64,000 nucleotides of DNA, from NCBI GenBank assembly GCA_027452205.1, contig DAIDGV010000015.1, positions 84,171 to 148,170 on the forward strand, in the 5' to 3' direction. A program made the position numbers and the translations under genes. The DNA is from a candidate division FCPU426 bacterium. Lineage in GTDB: Bacteria > Oederibacteriota > Muellerivitia > Muellerivitales > Muellerivitaceae. The notes under the pieces are model-generated. The model was not told the origin of the DNA. It was given only the letters and a program-made list of their open reading frames with translations, and made no database searches. Positions 55,537 through 64,000 of the stretch are shown one piece after another (the stretch's first letter is position 1; each line of letters begins with the position of its first letter).

Positions 55537-55974
55537 TTACAAAACCTCCGCAGTGCCGCCAGCAGCCTTGATCTTCTCGATGGCCGAAGCGCTGAACGCA
55601 TGGGCTTTGACCGTCAATTTGTTCTTCAACTCACCATTGCCTAAGATCTTGACCGGCATATTACCACCGACAAAACCTTTGCTCTTGAGTTCCACCGGGG
55701 TTACTGTGGATCCGCTGGCGAATTGGGACAACTCTTCCAAATTGATGACATCATAAACCAACTTGTTAATGCTTTTGAAACCACGGATGGGGAGTTTACG
55801 GTAGATTGGCGTCTGACCGCCTTCAAAGCCTAAACGGACACCGCCGCCTGTACGAGAATTTTGACCCTTGTGACCACGGGTAGAGGTTTTACCATGGCCA
55901 GAGCCAGGGCCTTTCCCAACGATCTTGCGACGCTTGACCGCTCCACGAGCGGGTTTTAATTGCGACATTTTCAT
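55537..55974 (-). CDS. rplO: 50S ribosomal protein L15
   Basis: 145 aa from the ATG at 55974 (MKMSQLKPARGAVKRRK...). Confidence 0.93.
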   Translation of the reverse strand: MKMSQLKPARGAVKRRKIVGKGPGSGHGKTSTRGHKGQNSRTGGGVRLGFEGGQTPIYRKLPIRGFKSINKLVYDVINLEELSQFASGSTVTPVELKSKGFVGGNMPVKILGNGELKNKLTVKAHAFSASAIEKIKAAGGTAEVL

Positions 55975-55984
55975 GGCTGTAACC

Positions 55985-56161
55985 TTACTTTTTGATTTCA
56001 ACGAGATAGTTGATCTTTTCGACCATTCCACGAACGATCGGCGTGTCAGGACGAACGACCGTTTGACGGATCTTACGGAGCCCCAAAGCTTCGGCGATCC
56101 TCACATGCTTCGGCAAGCGCCCATTCAAACTTTTGACCAACTGGATCTTTAATTCGCTCAT
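55985..56161 (-). CDS. rpmD: 50S ribosomal protein L30
   Basis: Hand-translated 58 aa, [62 protein letters not shown] overlap with rpsE. Not in the ORF track. Confidence 0.9.
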   Translation of the reverse strand: MSELKIQLVKSLNGRLPKHVRIAEALGLRKIRQTVVRPDTPIVRGMVEKINYLVEIKK

Positions 56162-56670
56162 GACTTGGCAACTCCCGTTAAGCTTTCGACCGATTTACCA
56201 CGCAAGGCCGCAACGACTTCCGGCGACCGAACGCCCTTTAAACCAGCCAAAGTGGCTTGCACCACGTTGAAAACGTTGTCTGACTTAATTGATTTGGTCA
56301 GGATATCGGTGATGCCAGCCAATTCGCATACTGCACGAACACCACCGCCTGCGATGATACCCGTACCAGGCGCGGCCGGACGAAGCATCACTCGAGAGGC
56401 TTTAAATACACCCACAGCCTCGTGATAGAGCGTGGTCCCCTTCAGAGGGATATGGATCAAGTTCTTCTTGGCATCATCCACCGACTTGCGGATCGCGTCC
56501 GGAACTTCACTGGCTTTTCCAGTACCCACGCCCACATGGCCATGGCCGTCACCGACCACCACAAGAACCGAGAAGCTGAAACGCCGACCGCCCTTTACGA
56601 CCTTCGCCACGCGGTTGATGTTGATGACTTTTTCTTTTAGATCAAATTTGGAAGCATCGATACGCGCCAT
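56158..56670 (-). CDS. rpsE: 30S ribosomal protein S5
   Basis: 170 aa. S5-like throughout. Confidence 0.95.
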   Translation of the reverse strand: MARIDASKFDLKEKVININRVAKVVKGGRRFSFSVLVVVGDGHGHVGVGTGKASEVPDAIRKSVDDAKKNLIHIPLKGTTLYHEAVGVFKASRVMLRPAAPGTGIIAGGGVRAVCELAGITDILTKSIKSDNVFNVVQATLAGLKGVRSPEVVAALRGKSVESLTGVAKS

Positions 56671-56685
56671 AAGTTCCCTTTATCC

Positions 56686-57051
56686 TTAAAATTCCAGACC
56701 GTTTTGGCGAGCAGCTTCCGCCAAGGCCTTAATGCGACCGTGGAAAATATAACCGCCACGATCGAACACCACACGATTGACCGACTTTTCTTTCGCCAAT
56801 TTAGCGATCTGGGCACCGACCGCCTTAGCGGCCTCGACGTTACCCCCAAATTTCACTTTGGACCGCAGATTCCCATCGAAGCTGGAAGCGGAAACAATTG
56901 TGATCCCCTTCATATCATCGATGATCTGAGCGGAAATATTTTTAGCGCCACGATGGACAACCAAGCGCGGTCTTTCCGTCGAACCGGACAACTTTTTGCG
57001 GATGCGGATATGTTTGCGGATCCGCTTGATGTTTTGATGTTCCAACGCCAT
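56686..57051 (-). CDS. rplR: 50S ribosomal protein L18
   Basis: 121 aa. L18-like throughout. Confidence 0.95.
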   Translation of the reverse strand: MALEHQNIKRIRKHIRIRKKLSGSTERPRLVVHRGAKNISAQIIDDMKGITIVSASSFDGNLRSKVKFGGNVEAAKAVGAQIAKLAKEKSVNRVVFDRGGYIFHGRIKALAEAARQNGLEF

Positions 57052-57069
57052 CTAAGAGCTCCTAAGTAC

Positions 57070-57639
57070 TTATTTTCCGCCGGCTTTGCCGGTGGCACCT
57101 GTCTTACCAACCTTCTTACGAACATATTCGCCGGAATAACGAATACCCGTCCCTTTATAAACTTCGGGCGGCTTCACACGGCGGATCTTGGCGGCGGTTT
57201 CACCGACCAAATATTTGTCCATTCCCTTCACGGTCAAAAGGGTCTGCTTTTCAATGTCGACCGTGATCCCCTTGGGCAACTCGATCACCACCGGGTGACT
57301 GAACCCCAAGGACATGGTGAGCTTTCCTTTGTCCATCGCGGCGCGATAACCGACACCCTGGATCTCCAACTTACGTTCAAAACCGGTCGAAACACCCTGC
57401 AGCATGTTCTTGACCAATGCGGCGGTCAAACCATGACTGGCGTTCAAAGCTTTCGCCTCGACGTTAGCGTTTTCGATCGGAAGAACGAAAAGGTTCTTTT
57501 CTTTCACGTCGATCTTCAAACCCGGCATCAGCTGATGGTTCAAAGAGCCCTTCGGACCTTCGACCACGATCTTCCCGCCGTCGGCCTTGATCTTGACCCC
57601 GGCCGGGATCTCAATTGGTTTTTTGGCAATTCGAGCCAT
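57070..57639 (-). CDS. rplF: 50S ribosomal protein L6
   Basis: 189 aa. MARIAKKPIEIPAGVKI... Confidence 0.95.
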   Translation of the reverse strand: MARIAKKPIEIPAGVKIKADGGKIVVEGPKGSLNHQLMPGLKIDVKEKNLFVLPIENANVEAKALNASHGLTAALVKNMLQGVSTGFERKLEIQGVGYRAAMDKGKLTMSLGFSHPVVIELPKGITVDIEKQTLLTVKGMDKYLVGETAAKIRRVKPPEVYKGTGIRYSGEYVRKKVGKTGATGKAGGK

Positions 57640-57665
57640 GACTTCTCCCTTAAACGCTTAAAAAA

Positions 57666-58067
57666 TTAGTGAACAACACAAAGGACTTCGCCGCCCACAC
57701 CTTGTAAACGGGCCTGTTGGTCGGTCAAAATGCCCTTGGACGTGGAAACGATCGCGATACCCAGACCACCGATCACCTTCGGTAGCTTAGCCTTACCCGA
57801 ATAGACCCGGCGACCGGAACGGCTCGAGCGGGTGATATTGGTAATGACGCGTTCTTTCTTATCGCCATACTTCATCGAGATGCGGATCGCCGAGGGGCGT
57901 CCCTTCTCTTCGACCACTTTGTAATTCTTGATGAAACCTTCCTCGGAAAGGATCCGGGCGATCTCCAGTTTCAACTTGGAAAAAGGCACATCGACCTTTT
58001 CCTTATAGACGTGGTTCGCGTTGCGAATCCGGGTCAGCATATCGGCAATCGGGTCCGTCATGGACAT
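57666..58067 (-). CDS. rpsH: 30S ribosomal protein S8
   Basis: 133 aa. [17 protein letters not shown]... Confidence 0.95.
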   Translation of the reverse strand: MSMTDPIADMLTRIRNANHVYKEKVDVPFSKLKLEIARILSEEGFIKNYKVVEEKGRPSAIRISMKYGDKKERVITNITRSSRSGRRVYSGKAKLPKVIGGLGIAIVSTSKGILTDQQARLQGVGGEVLCVVH

Positions 58068-58086
58068 AACAGTGTTCTCCTTGAAC

Positions 58087-58272
58087 TTACCAGCTGGCTT
58101 TGATCACGCCGGGGATTTTACCCTCGCCAGCGAGATTCCTGAAACAGATACGGCACATACCAAACTTCCTCAAGAAAGCATGAGGACGACCACAAAGCTT
58201 GCAACGGTTATAAGCCCGGACCTTGAACTTGGGCTTGCGCTGTTGTTTATTGACCAAAGATTTCTTAGCCAT
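58087..58272 (-). CDS. rpsN: 30S ribosomal protein S14, zinc-binding type Z
   Basis: 61 aa. [20 protein letters not shown]. Confidence 0.95.
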   Translation of the reverse strand: MAKKSLVNKQQRKPKFKVRAYNRCKLCGRPHAFLRKFGMCRICFRNLAGEGKIPGVIKASW

Positions 58273-58279
58273 AACTCTC

Positions 58280-58828
58280 CTAGTTCCTAAAAGGCATGCC
58301 GAGGAGTTTCAACAATTCCTTGGCTTGCTCATCCGATTTTGCCGACGTCGCGAAAGTGATGTCCATCCCATGGATGAACTGAACGCTATCGAAGTTGATC
58401 TCAGGGAAAATGATCTGCTCTTTCAGACCCAAAGTGTAATTGCCACGCCCGTCAAAAGAACGGGTGGGGACACCGCGGAAATCGCGGACCCGGGGGAAAG
58501 TGACCATAAAAAGACGTTCCATGAACTGGTACATCCGGTCGCCCCGCAAGGTGACCTTGGCGCCCAAAGGCTGGTTAGCGCGGATTTTGAAGTTAGAGAT
58601 GGCCTTTTTGGAACGGGTCACCGCCGGCTTTTGACCGGTAATGGCTCCCAATTCTTCGACCGCCATATCGAGCAACTTGATGTTGTTCTCCGAGGCCGCT
58701 TTTCCGATGCAAACATTGATAACGATCTTCTCGACCTTCGGCGTCTGCATGACGTTCTTGATCTCGAACTTCTTCATCAAAGCCGGAATGATCTCTTTGT
58801 TGTATTTATCCCTTAGGATCGTCGCCAT
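58280..58828 (-). CDS. rplE: 50S ribosomal protein L5
   Basis: 182 aa from the ATG at 58828 ([18 protein letters not shown]...). The longer track ORF overlaps rplX. Confidence 0.95.
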   Translation of the reverse strand: MATILRDKYNKEIIPALMKKFEIKNVMQTPKVEKIVINVCIGKAASENNIKLLDMAVEELGAITGQKPAVTRSKKAISNFKIRANQPLGAKVTLRGDRMYQFMERLFMVTFPRVRDFRGVPTRSFDGRGNYTLGLKEQIIFPEINFDSVQFIHGMDITFATSAKSDEQAKELLKLLGMPFRN

Positions 58829-58829
58829 C

Positions 58830-59150
58830 TTACTTTTCCTTATCCAAAATTTCGCCGCACTTCTTACAAGCGCGGGTCTTTTGACCACCCGACAGGGTCT
58901 TATGGGCGATCCGGGTCGGCTTACCGCATTTCGAACAGATAACTTGCAAGTTCGAAACATGGATCGGCGCTTCCTTCTCTACGATACCGCCTTGGGGTAA
59001 CTCTTGATTGGGGCGGGTATGACGCTTGACCATATTGATCTTTTCGACCAAGACCTTATCGGCTTTGGTCATCACGCGGATCACACGACCCTTCTTTCCA
59101 CGGTCTTTGCCGGTCAAAACCACAACAGTGTCTTCACGGTGAACATGCAT
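58830..59150 (-). CDS. rplX: 50S ribosomal protein L24
   Basis: 106 aa with a KOW motif. Confidence 0.95.
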   Translation of the reverse strand: MHVHREDTVVVLTGKDRGKKGRVIRVMTKADKVLVEKINMVKRHTRPNQELPQGGIVEKEAPIHVSNLQVICSKCGKPTRIAHKTLSGGQKTRACKKCGEILDKEK

Positions 59151-59153
59151 GAC

Positions 59154-59522
59154 TTACAAAACCTCCGGCGCCAGGGAAATGATCTTCATAAAGTTCTTCT
59201 CTCTCAATTCACGGGTCACAGGCCCAAAGATACGGGTCCCCCGGGGAGCCAACTGATCATTGATAATGACCGCGGCATTCTCGTCAAAACGGACCGTCGA
59301 ACCATCCGGACGGACCAACACTTTTCGTTGACGAACCACAACAGCCTTGACCACTTCGCTCTTCTTAACGCCAGCGCCCGGGATAGCCTCTTTAACGGCG
59401 GCGACAATGATGTCACCAATGCCCGCATAACGGCGCTTGGTACCACCCAGAACGTGGATGCACATGATGCGGGTTGCTCCACTGTTATCGGCAACATTCA
59501 ACATCGTTTGAGGCATGATCAT
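59154..59522 (-). CDS. rplN: 50S ribosomal protein L14
   Basis: 122 aa. ...[10 protein letters not shown]... Confidence 0.95.
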   Translation of the reverse strand: MIMPQTMLNVADNSGATRIMCIHVLGGTKRRYAGIGDIIVAAVKEAIPGAGVKKSEVVKAVVVRQRKVLVRPDGSTVRFDENAAVIINDQLAPRGTRIFGPVTRELREKNFMKIISLAPEVL

Positions 59523-59800
59523 AATTTGGCCTCCTCAACAACCACTGCCTTTTTAACGATCTTCACCAACCGCCAATGTTTGTCCGCGCTGATCGGACGG
59601 GTTTCGGCCACCAAGACCACATCACCCTTTTTGGTCTCGTTCTTCGGATCATGGATCTTGAACTTGCTGCGTTTACGGATGAGCTTGTGATAAAGCGGAT
59701 GCTTCACCAAACGCTCGATGGCAACCACTGCGGTCTTATCCATGTTCCGGCTGACCACTACCGCCGTTTTGACCCTCTGATCGGGTTTCTTGCTATCCAT
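59519..59800 (-). CDS. rpsQ: 30S ribosomal protein S17
   Basis: 93 aa from the ATG at 59800 after AAGGAG. Confidence 0.93.
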   Translation of the reverse strand: MDSKKPDQRVKTAVVVSRNMDKTAVVAIERLVKHPLYHKLIRKRSKFKIHDPKNETKKGDVVLVAETRPISADKHWRLVKIVKKAVVVEEAKL

Positions 59801-59813
59801 TTTCAACTTCTCC

Positions 59814-60017
59814 TTACGAGGCCTTTGAGCCCTTTTCTTTTTCACGAAGGATGGTCTTAAGCCGGGCCACATGACGACGGGCTTCCCGGATCTTCATGGG
59901 ATTCTCCAACTGCTTCGTGGACAATTGGATCTTTAAGTTGAAGAGTTCTTCTTCTTTCGAGATCAATTGTTGTTTCAATTGCTCGACGTTCAACTCACGC
60001 ACTTCTTTGGATTTCAT
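59814..60017 (-). CDS. rpmC: 50S ribosomal protein L29
   Basis: 67 aa. L29-like. Confidence 0.93.
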   Translation of the reverse strand: MKSKEVRELNVEQLKQQLISKEEELFNLKIQLSTKQLENPMKIREARRHVARLKTILREKEKGSKAS

Positions 60018-60439
60018 TACAAACCTCCCATTTGGGAACGAGAAAGATATTTGGTCCGAACAGGCAACTTATGCGAAGCCAGTTCAAAAGCCTCTTTCGC
60101 AACATTTTCAGGGCAACCGCTCAATTCGAACAAGATGCGTCCCGGCTTGACGACGGCAGCCCAATGATCCGGAGCCCCTTTACCCCCACCCATACGAACT
60201 TCAGCCGGCTTACGGGTAATGGACTTGTCCGGAAAAATACGGACCCACAACTTACCAACACGCTTCATGTGGCGGTTGATCGCAACACGCGCAGCTTCGA
60301 TCTGACGATCGGTCACGTAGCTTGCATCGAGGGACTTCAAGGCGTATTCCCCAAAAGCAAAAGATGCCCCGTTCTTCGTATTGCCACGCATACGACCCTT
60401 CATGGTCTTACGGTATTTAACTCGTTTCGGCATTAACAT
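60017..60439 (-). CDS. rplP: 50S ribosomal protein L16
   Basis: 140 aa. [11 protein letters not shown]... Confidence 0.95.
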   Translation of the reverse strand: MLMPKRVKYRKTMKGRMRGNTKNGASFAFGEYALKSLDASYVTDRQIEAARVAINRHMKRVGKLWVRIFPDKSITRKPAEVRMGGGKGAPDHWAAVVKPGRILFELSGCPENVAKEAFELASHKLPVRTKYLSRSQMGGL

Positions 60440-60463
60440 GGTCTAATTCCCTTGTTTAAAAAC

Positions 60464-61180
60464 TTACGATTCTTTAGTTATGGGAGCTTTACGTTCCCGA
60501 GGAGCCGACTTGGGCTTAGCGGCTACAACTTCTTCTTGTCTATCCTTCGCCCCGAAGATCTCACGTTTGAAGACCCAGCACTTCACACCGATCTTTCCAT
60601 AAGTCGTGTTGGCTTCAGAGAAACCATAGTCGATATCGGCCCGCAAAGTATGCAAAGGCACGCGGCCCTCGCGGTACCATTCGGTCCGGGCAATTTCAGA
60701 GCCGGCCAAGCGACCAGAGCACATGATCTTGATCCCCTTAGCGCCGCCATCTAAAGCGCTTTGGATGGACTTCTTCATCGCGCGGCGGAAAGCCACGCGC
60801 TTTTCCAATTGGCCGCAAACACCCTCAGCGATCAATTGAGCATTGGTTTCCGGATGCTTTTCTTCGTTGATATTGATGCGGATCTCTTTTTTGGTGAATT
60901 GTTTCAATTCATCCTTCAACTTATCGACTTCCGAACCCTTCTTGCCGATCACAATGCCCGGACGGGAAGCGAAAATGTCGACCTCGACGGTCTCACCCTT
61001 ACGCTTCAAGACCACTTTGGCCACGCCAGCATGCTTTAAGCGCATTTTGACGAACTTGCGGATCTGGATGTCTTCCAGAAGAGTTTGGGTATAAGTGCGC
61101 TTCTTGGCTTGAAACCAGAGCGATTCCCAATCACGGATGATGCCGACGCGTAAACCGATCGGATTGATTTTTTGTCCCAA
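60464..61180 (-). CDS. rpsC: 30S ribosomal protein S3
   Basis: 238 aa. TTG start after GGGAGG. (M)[12 protein letters not shown]... Confidence 0.95.
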   Translation of the reverse strand: MGQKINPIGLRVGIIRDWESLWFQAKKRTYTQTLLEDIQIRKFVKMRLKHAGVAKVVLKRKGETVEVDIFASRPGIVIGKKGSEVDKLKDELKQFTKKEIRININEEKHPETNAQLIAEGVCGQLEKRVAFRRAMKKSIQSALDGGAKGIKIMCSGRLAGSEIARTEWYREGRVPLHTLRADIDYGFSEANTTYGKIGVKCWVFKREIFGAKDRQEEVVAAKPKSAPRERKAPITKES

Positions 61181-61204
61181 AATAGCCTCCCAAGCCCTTT
61201 ACGA

Positions 61205-61555
61205 TTATTTTTTAACTTCGTCCGAAACGACGACTTTGATATGGCTCGTGCGATGATGGATCGCACTCGCCCGGCCCATAGCCCGCGGAATGAAACGACG
61301 GGTATTTTGCATCATCGGTCCACCATCCACTTGAATCGACTTGATCATCAAGCTGTCGATATCGACCCGGGTATTCTGCCCGGCGTTCGAAACAGCAGCC
61401 TTCAATATCTTGGCCAGTTCCCCAGCGGCTCTCTTCTTCGTGAAAGCCAAGATGTTCAAAGCATCCGTAACTCGCTTCTTACGGATCAGCTCCACCACTT
61501 GGCGCGCTTTACGGGGCGTCACCCGGGTGTATCTAGAAATCGCCTGTGCTTGCAT
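61205..61555 (-). CDS. rplV: 50S ribosomal protein L22
   Basis: 116 aa. L22-like. Confidence 0.95.
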   Translation of the reverse strand: MQAQAISRYTRVTPRKARQVVELIRKKRVTDALNILAFTKKRAAGELAKILKAAVSNAGQNTRVDIDSLMIKSIQVDGGPMMQNTRRFIPRAMGRASAIHHRTSHIKVVVSDEVKK

Positions 61556-61578
61556 GTTCTCTGTCCTCTTTATCTTGC

Positions 61579-61866
61579 TTACTTCAACGCTACGGCTTTT
61601 TCAGTCTTCACAGCACCGTGATTCTTGAACGTCCGAGTCGGGGAAAACTCACCCAACTTATGTCCCACCATATTTTCTGTGATGAAAACCGGAATGAACT
61701 TTCTCCCGTTATGAACCGCGAAGGTATGACCCACCATTTCCGGAAACACCGTGCAACGGCGGACATAGGTCTTAATGACCTTCTTTTCGCTGTTTTTGTT
61801 CATCTTTTGGATCAAAGCAATGAGCTTTTGATCGACATAAGGACCTTTTTTTAACGATCTAGCCAT
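61579..61866 (-). CDS. rpsS: 30S ribosomal protein S19
   Basis: 95 aa. [12 protein letters not shown]... Confidence 0.95.
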   Translation of the reverse strand: MARSLKKGPYVDQKLIALIQKMNKNSEKKVIKTYVRRCTVFPEMVGHTFAVHNGRKFIPVFITENMVGHKLGEFSPTRTFKNHGAVKTEKAVALK

Positions 61867-61880
61867 TTCTAACCTCTTCT

Positions 61881-62705
61881 TTATTTACGACGCTTAACGA
61901 TGTACTTATCCGTCAACTTGTTGTGACGGGTCTTATAACCCTTTGTCGGCTTACCCCAAGGCGTCGTCGGATGACGACCACCGGAAGTTTTACCTTCACC
62001 ACCACCCATCGGATGGCCGTCACCCGGACGGGTCACCACACCGCGGGATTGGGGTCTTTCACCCAACCAACGCATACGTCCAGCTTTACCGATGCTCACG
62101 TTGTTATGGTCCAAATTACCTACCTGTCCAACCGAGGCAGTGCATTCAATATGGACCTTTCGCATTTCACCAGACGGGAGCTTCACAGTAGCGTAATCCC
62201 CATCGCGGGCCATCAACTGAGCGACCGCTCCGGCCGAGCGGACCAATTGACCGCCCTTACCAGGACGAATCTCGATGTTGTGCACCAACGAACCCAAAGG
62301 AACATCCTTTAACTTCATGGCATGACCCGGTTTCACGTCAGCACCTTGACCGGAAACAATCTGGTCACCAACCTGCAGCCCTTCCGGAGCCAAAATGTAA
62401 CGCTTTTCGCCGTCCAAATATTGGACCAAAGCGATACGAGAAGAACGGTTCGGATCGTATTCCAAAGAAACAACTTTGGCGGTCATCCCCAACTTGTCTC
62501 GACCGAAATCGATCAAACGATATTGGCGCTTATGGCCCGCACCGCGGTGACGGCTGGTAATGCGACCGTACATGTTGCGTCCGCCTGTGGACTTTAGAGG
62601 AACCACGAGGGACTTTTCAGGGGCCTTCTTGGTCAGGTTTTCACCCGTCAAGGCGGTCATCGCACGACGACCCGCCGAGGTGGGTTTGTAGATCTTAATA
62701 GCCAT
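61881..62705 (-). CDS. rplB: 50S ribosomal protein L2
   Basis: 274 aa. L2-like throughout. Confidence 0.95.
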   Translation of the reverse strand: MAIKIYKPTSAGRRAMTALTGENLTKKAPEKSLVVPLKSTGGRNMYGRITSRHRGAGHKRQYRLIDFGRDKLGMTAKVVSLEYDPNRSSRIALVQYLDGEKRYILAPEGLQVGDQIVSGQGADVKPGHAMKLKDVPLGSLVHNIEIRPGKGGQLVRSAGAVAQLMARDGDYATVKLPSGEMRKVHIECTASVGQVGNLDHNNVSIGKAGRMRWLGERPQSRGVVTRPGDGHPMGGGEGKTSGGRHPTTPWGKPTKGYKTRHNKLTDKYIVKRRK

Positions 62706-62707
62706 AA

Positions 62708-63004
62708 TTACGCCCCTTCAAAAAATTCGATCTTTTGGCCCGGCTTCAACGTCACGATAGCGCGCTTCCAGCGATAAGCTTTGGACACGCTACGGCCGAA
62801 CCGGCGAATCTTCGCCGGAATGTTGGTCGTATTGACTTTCAGAACTTCGACCTTTTCCTTCTTGAAAATGGTCTCGACCGCGTTCTTGATCTCTTGCTTT
62901 GTCGCCTTGGGATGCACCTCAAAGGAATACTTCCCCTTTTCTTTCAAGGCGGTGCTGCGTTCGGTCACTAACGGGCGAACGATAACATCTTGGATGTTCT
63001 TCAT
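62708..63004 (-). CDS. rplW: 50S ribosomal protein L23
   Basis: 98 aa. L23-like. Confidence 0.93.
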   Translation of the reverse strand: MKNIQDVIVRPLVTERSTALKEKGKYSFEVHPKATKQEIKNAVETIFKKEKVEVLKVNTTNIPAKIRRFGRSVSKAYRWKRAIVTLKPGQKIEFFEGA

Positions 63005-63663
63005 TACGCTCTCCCCTTCTTGGAAGAAGCCTTGGCTTTAACTTCCGACAATTGGTTCAAAGCGTCCTTGGCCATCACCACAACTTCATGGTTGACCACT
63101 TCATAGGTGTTCAAGTTCCCGCGGGACAACAAAGTGACCCTGGGAATATTACGGAAGCTTTTAGCCGTCGCTTCGTTGGCCTGTTCCAGGATGACCAAGG
63201 TCTTCTTTTCAGAGACACCCAACCCCTTGAGCAAGCTCAAGGCTTGCTTCGTCTTCGGCGTTTCGAACTTGAAGTTCTCAATCACGAAAAGATTGCCATT
63301 CTGCGCCTTATCCGAAAGAGACTCAGCCAAAGCTTGTTGCTTCATTTTTTTCGGAAGAGCCTTCGAATAATCGCGGGGTTTCGGACCGTGAGCAATGCCA
63401 CCGCCGACGAATTGTACAGCGCGGTTGGACCCTTGGCGTGCATTACCGGTCCCTTTTTGTTTGAACGGCTTTTTACCACCGCCGGAAACCTCACCTTTAC
63501 CCTTGGTCTTGACCGTTCCCAAACGTTGATTGGCCAAATGGGTCGTGACACTTCTCCAGATATGATGCTCGCGTGGCTTCAAACCGAAAATGGCACCCGG
63601 AAGTTCCACTTCGCCGGACGCTTGACCGGCTGAGCTGTATAAATTTGCTTTAGGCATTTTCAT
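63004..63663 (-). CDS. rplD: 50S ribosomal protein L4
   Basis: 219 aa. L4-like. Confidence 0.93.
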   Translation of the reverse strand: MKMPKANLYSSAGQASGEVELPGAIFGLKPREHHIWRSVTTHLANQRLGTVKTKGKGEVSGGGKKPFKQKGTGNARQGSNRAVQFVGGGIAHGPKPRDYSKALPKKMKQQALAESLSDKAQNGNLFVIENFKFETPKTKQALSLLKGLGVSEKKTLVILEQANEATAKSFRNIPRVTLLSRGNLNTYEVVNHEVVVMAKDALNQLSEVKAKASSKKGRA

Positions 63664-63674
63664 CTCACCTTTGA

Positions 63675-64000
63675 TTACTTTTTAACGCTCGGGCGAACCG
63701 TAATGATCCCGCCATCAGCGCCGGGAACGGCTCCCTTAACGAACAACAAATTGTTATCGGAATCGACTTTAACAACCTTCAAATTCAAGGTCGTGTGCTT
63801 GTTGGCGCCCATGTGACCCGGCATACGCGTGCCAGGATAAACACGGGAAGGATCGGACGAAGCGCCGATACCACCCGGCTGACGGTGATGCATACTACCG
63901 TGAGAATTGCGACCGCCTGTAAAACCATGGCGGCGAACAACACCCTGCCAACCTTTGCCGATCGTCACTCCGGCCACATCGACCCAAGCCACATCTTTGA
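63675..64000 (-). CDS. rplC: 50S ribosomal protein L3 (C-terminal part; the gene continues off the right edge)
   Basis: The ORF is open to the window end. The ...GKGWQGVVRRHGF.GG..SHGS.HHR.PGSIG region is typical of L3. Confidence 0.9.
   Translation of the reverse strand, partial: KDVAWVDVAGVTIGKGWQGVVRRHGFTGGRNSHGSMHHRQPGGIGASSDPSRVYPGTRMPGHMGANKHTTLNLKVVKVDSDNNLLFVKGAVPGADGGIITVRPSVKK

Overview
This 64-kb bacterial window is gene-dense, and almost every gene is on the minus strand. I could not determine the taxon by eye. Most of it is housekeeping. (1) 49.3-64.0 kb holds the 3' two-thirds of the S10-spc-alpha ribosomal supercluster, running rplC (partial) through rplQ. It includes secY, adk, map, infA, rpmJ and rpoA. 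(2) 36.7-45.3 kb is an ilvB-ilvN-ilvC-psd-pssA-leuA-orf-leuB operon. It is preceded by a promoter, a Leu/Val-rich leader peptide and a terminator hairpin that I found by hand and that are not in the ORF track. (3) 15.5-23.1 kb is a tight futalosine-route menaquinone cluster: ubiD-like, menG/ubiE, ubiX, ubiA-like, mqnE, mqnA and mqnC, followed by a VOC-fold gene and queF. (4) Other core genes are gatC-gatA, uvrD, rplM-rpsI, truA, tpx and asd. The non-core material is envelope-related. An accessory block at 23.2-31.0 kb encodes a diverged ABC ATPase with a membrane partner, a TPR protein, a PorV-like outer-membrane barrel fused to TPR repeats, and a 711-aa cargo. The barrel gene overlaps the cargo gene's stop by ATGA. 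About 352 residues of the cargo form an unbroken Thr-X dipeptide array, and it ends in a T9SS-type C-terminal domain. A second Thr-X protein lies at 35.9 kb. Two GT-C-fold membrane glycosyltransferases carry TPR tails at 31.8 and 45.3 kb, and a GT9-like enzyme with a Cys4 cluster lies at 12.7 kb. A visibly AT-rich orphan ORF is wedged between leuA and leuB. An 18-nt AT-rich motif recurs in three intra-operon spacers. I saw no rRNA, tRNA, CRISPR array, transposase or integrase. All functional calls come from motif and sequence recognition by eye, not from database searches.
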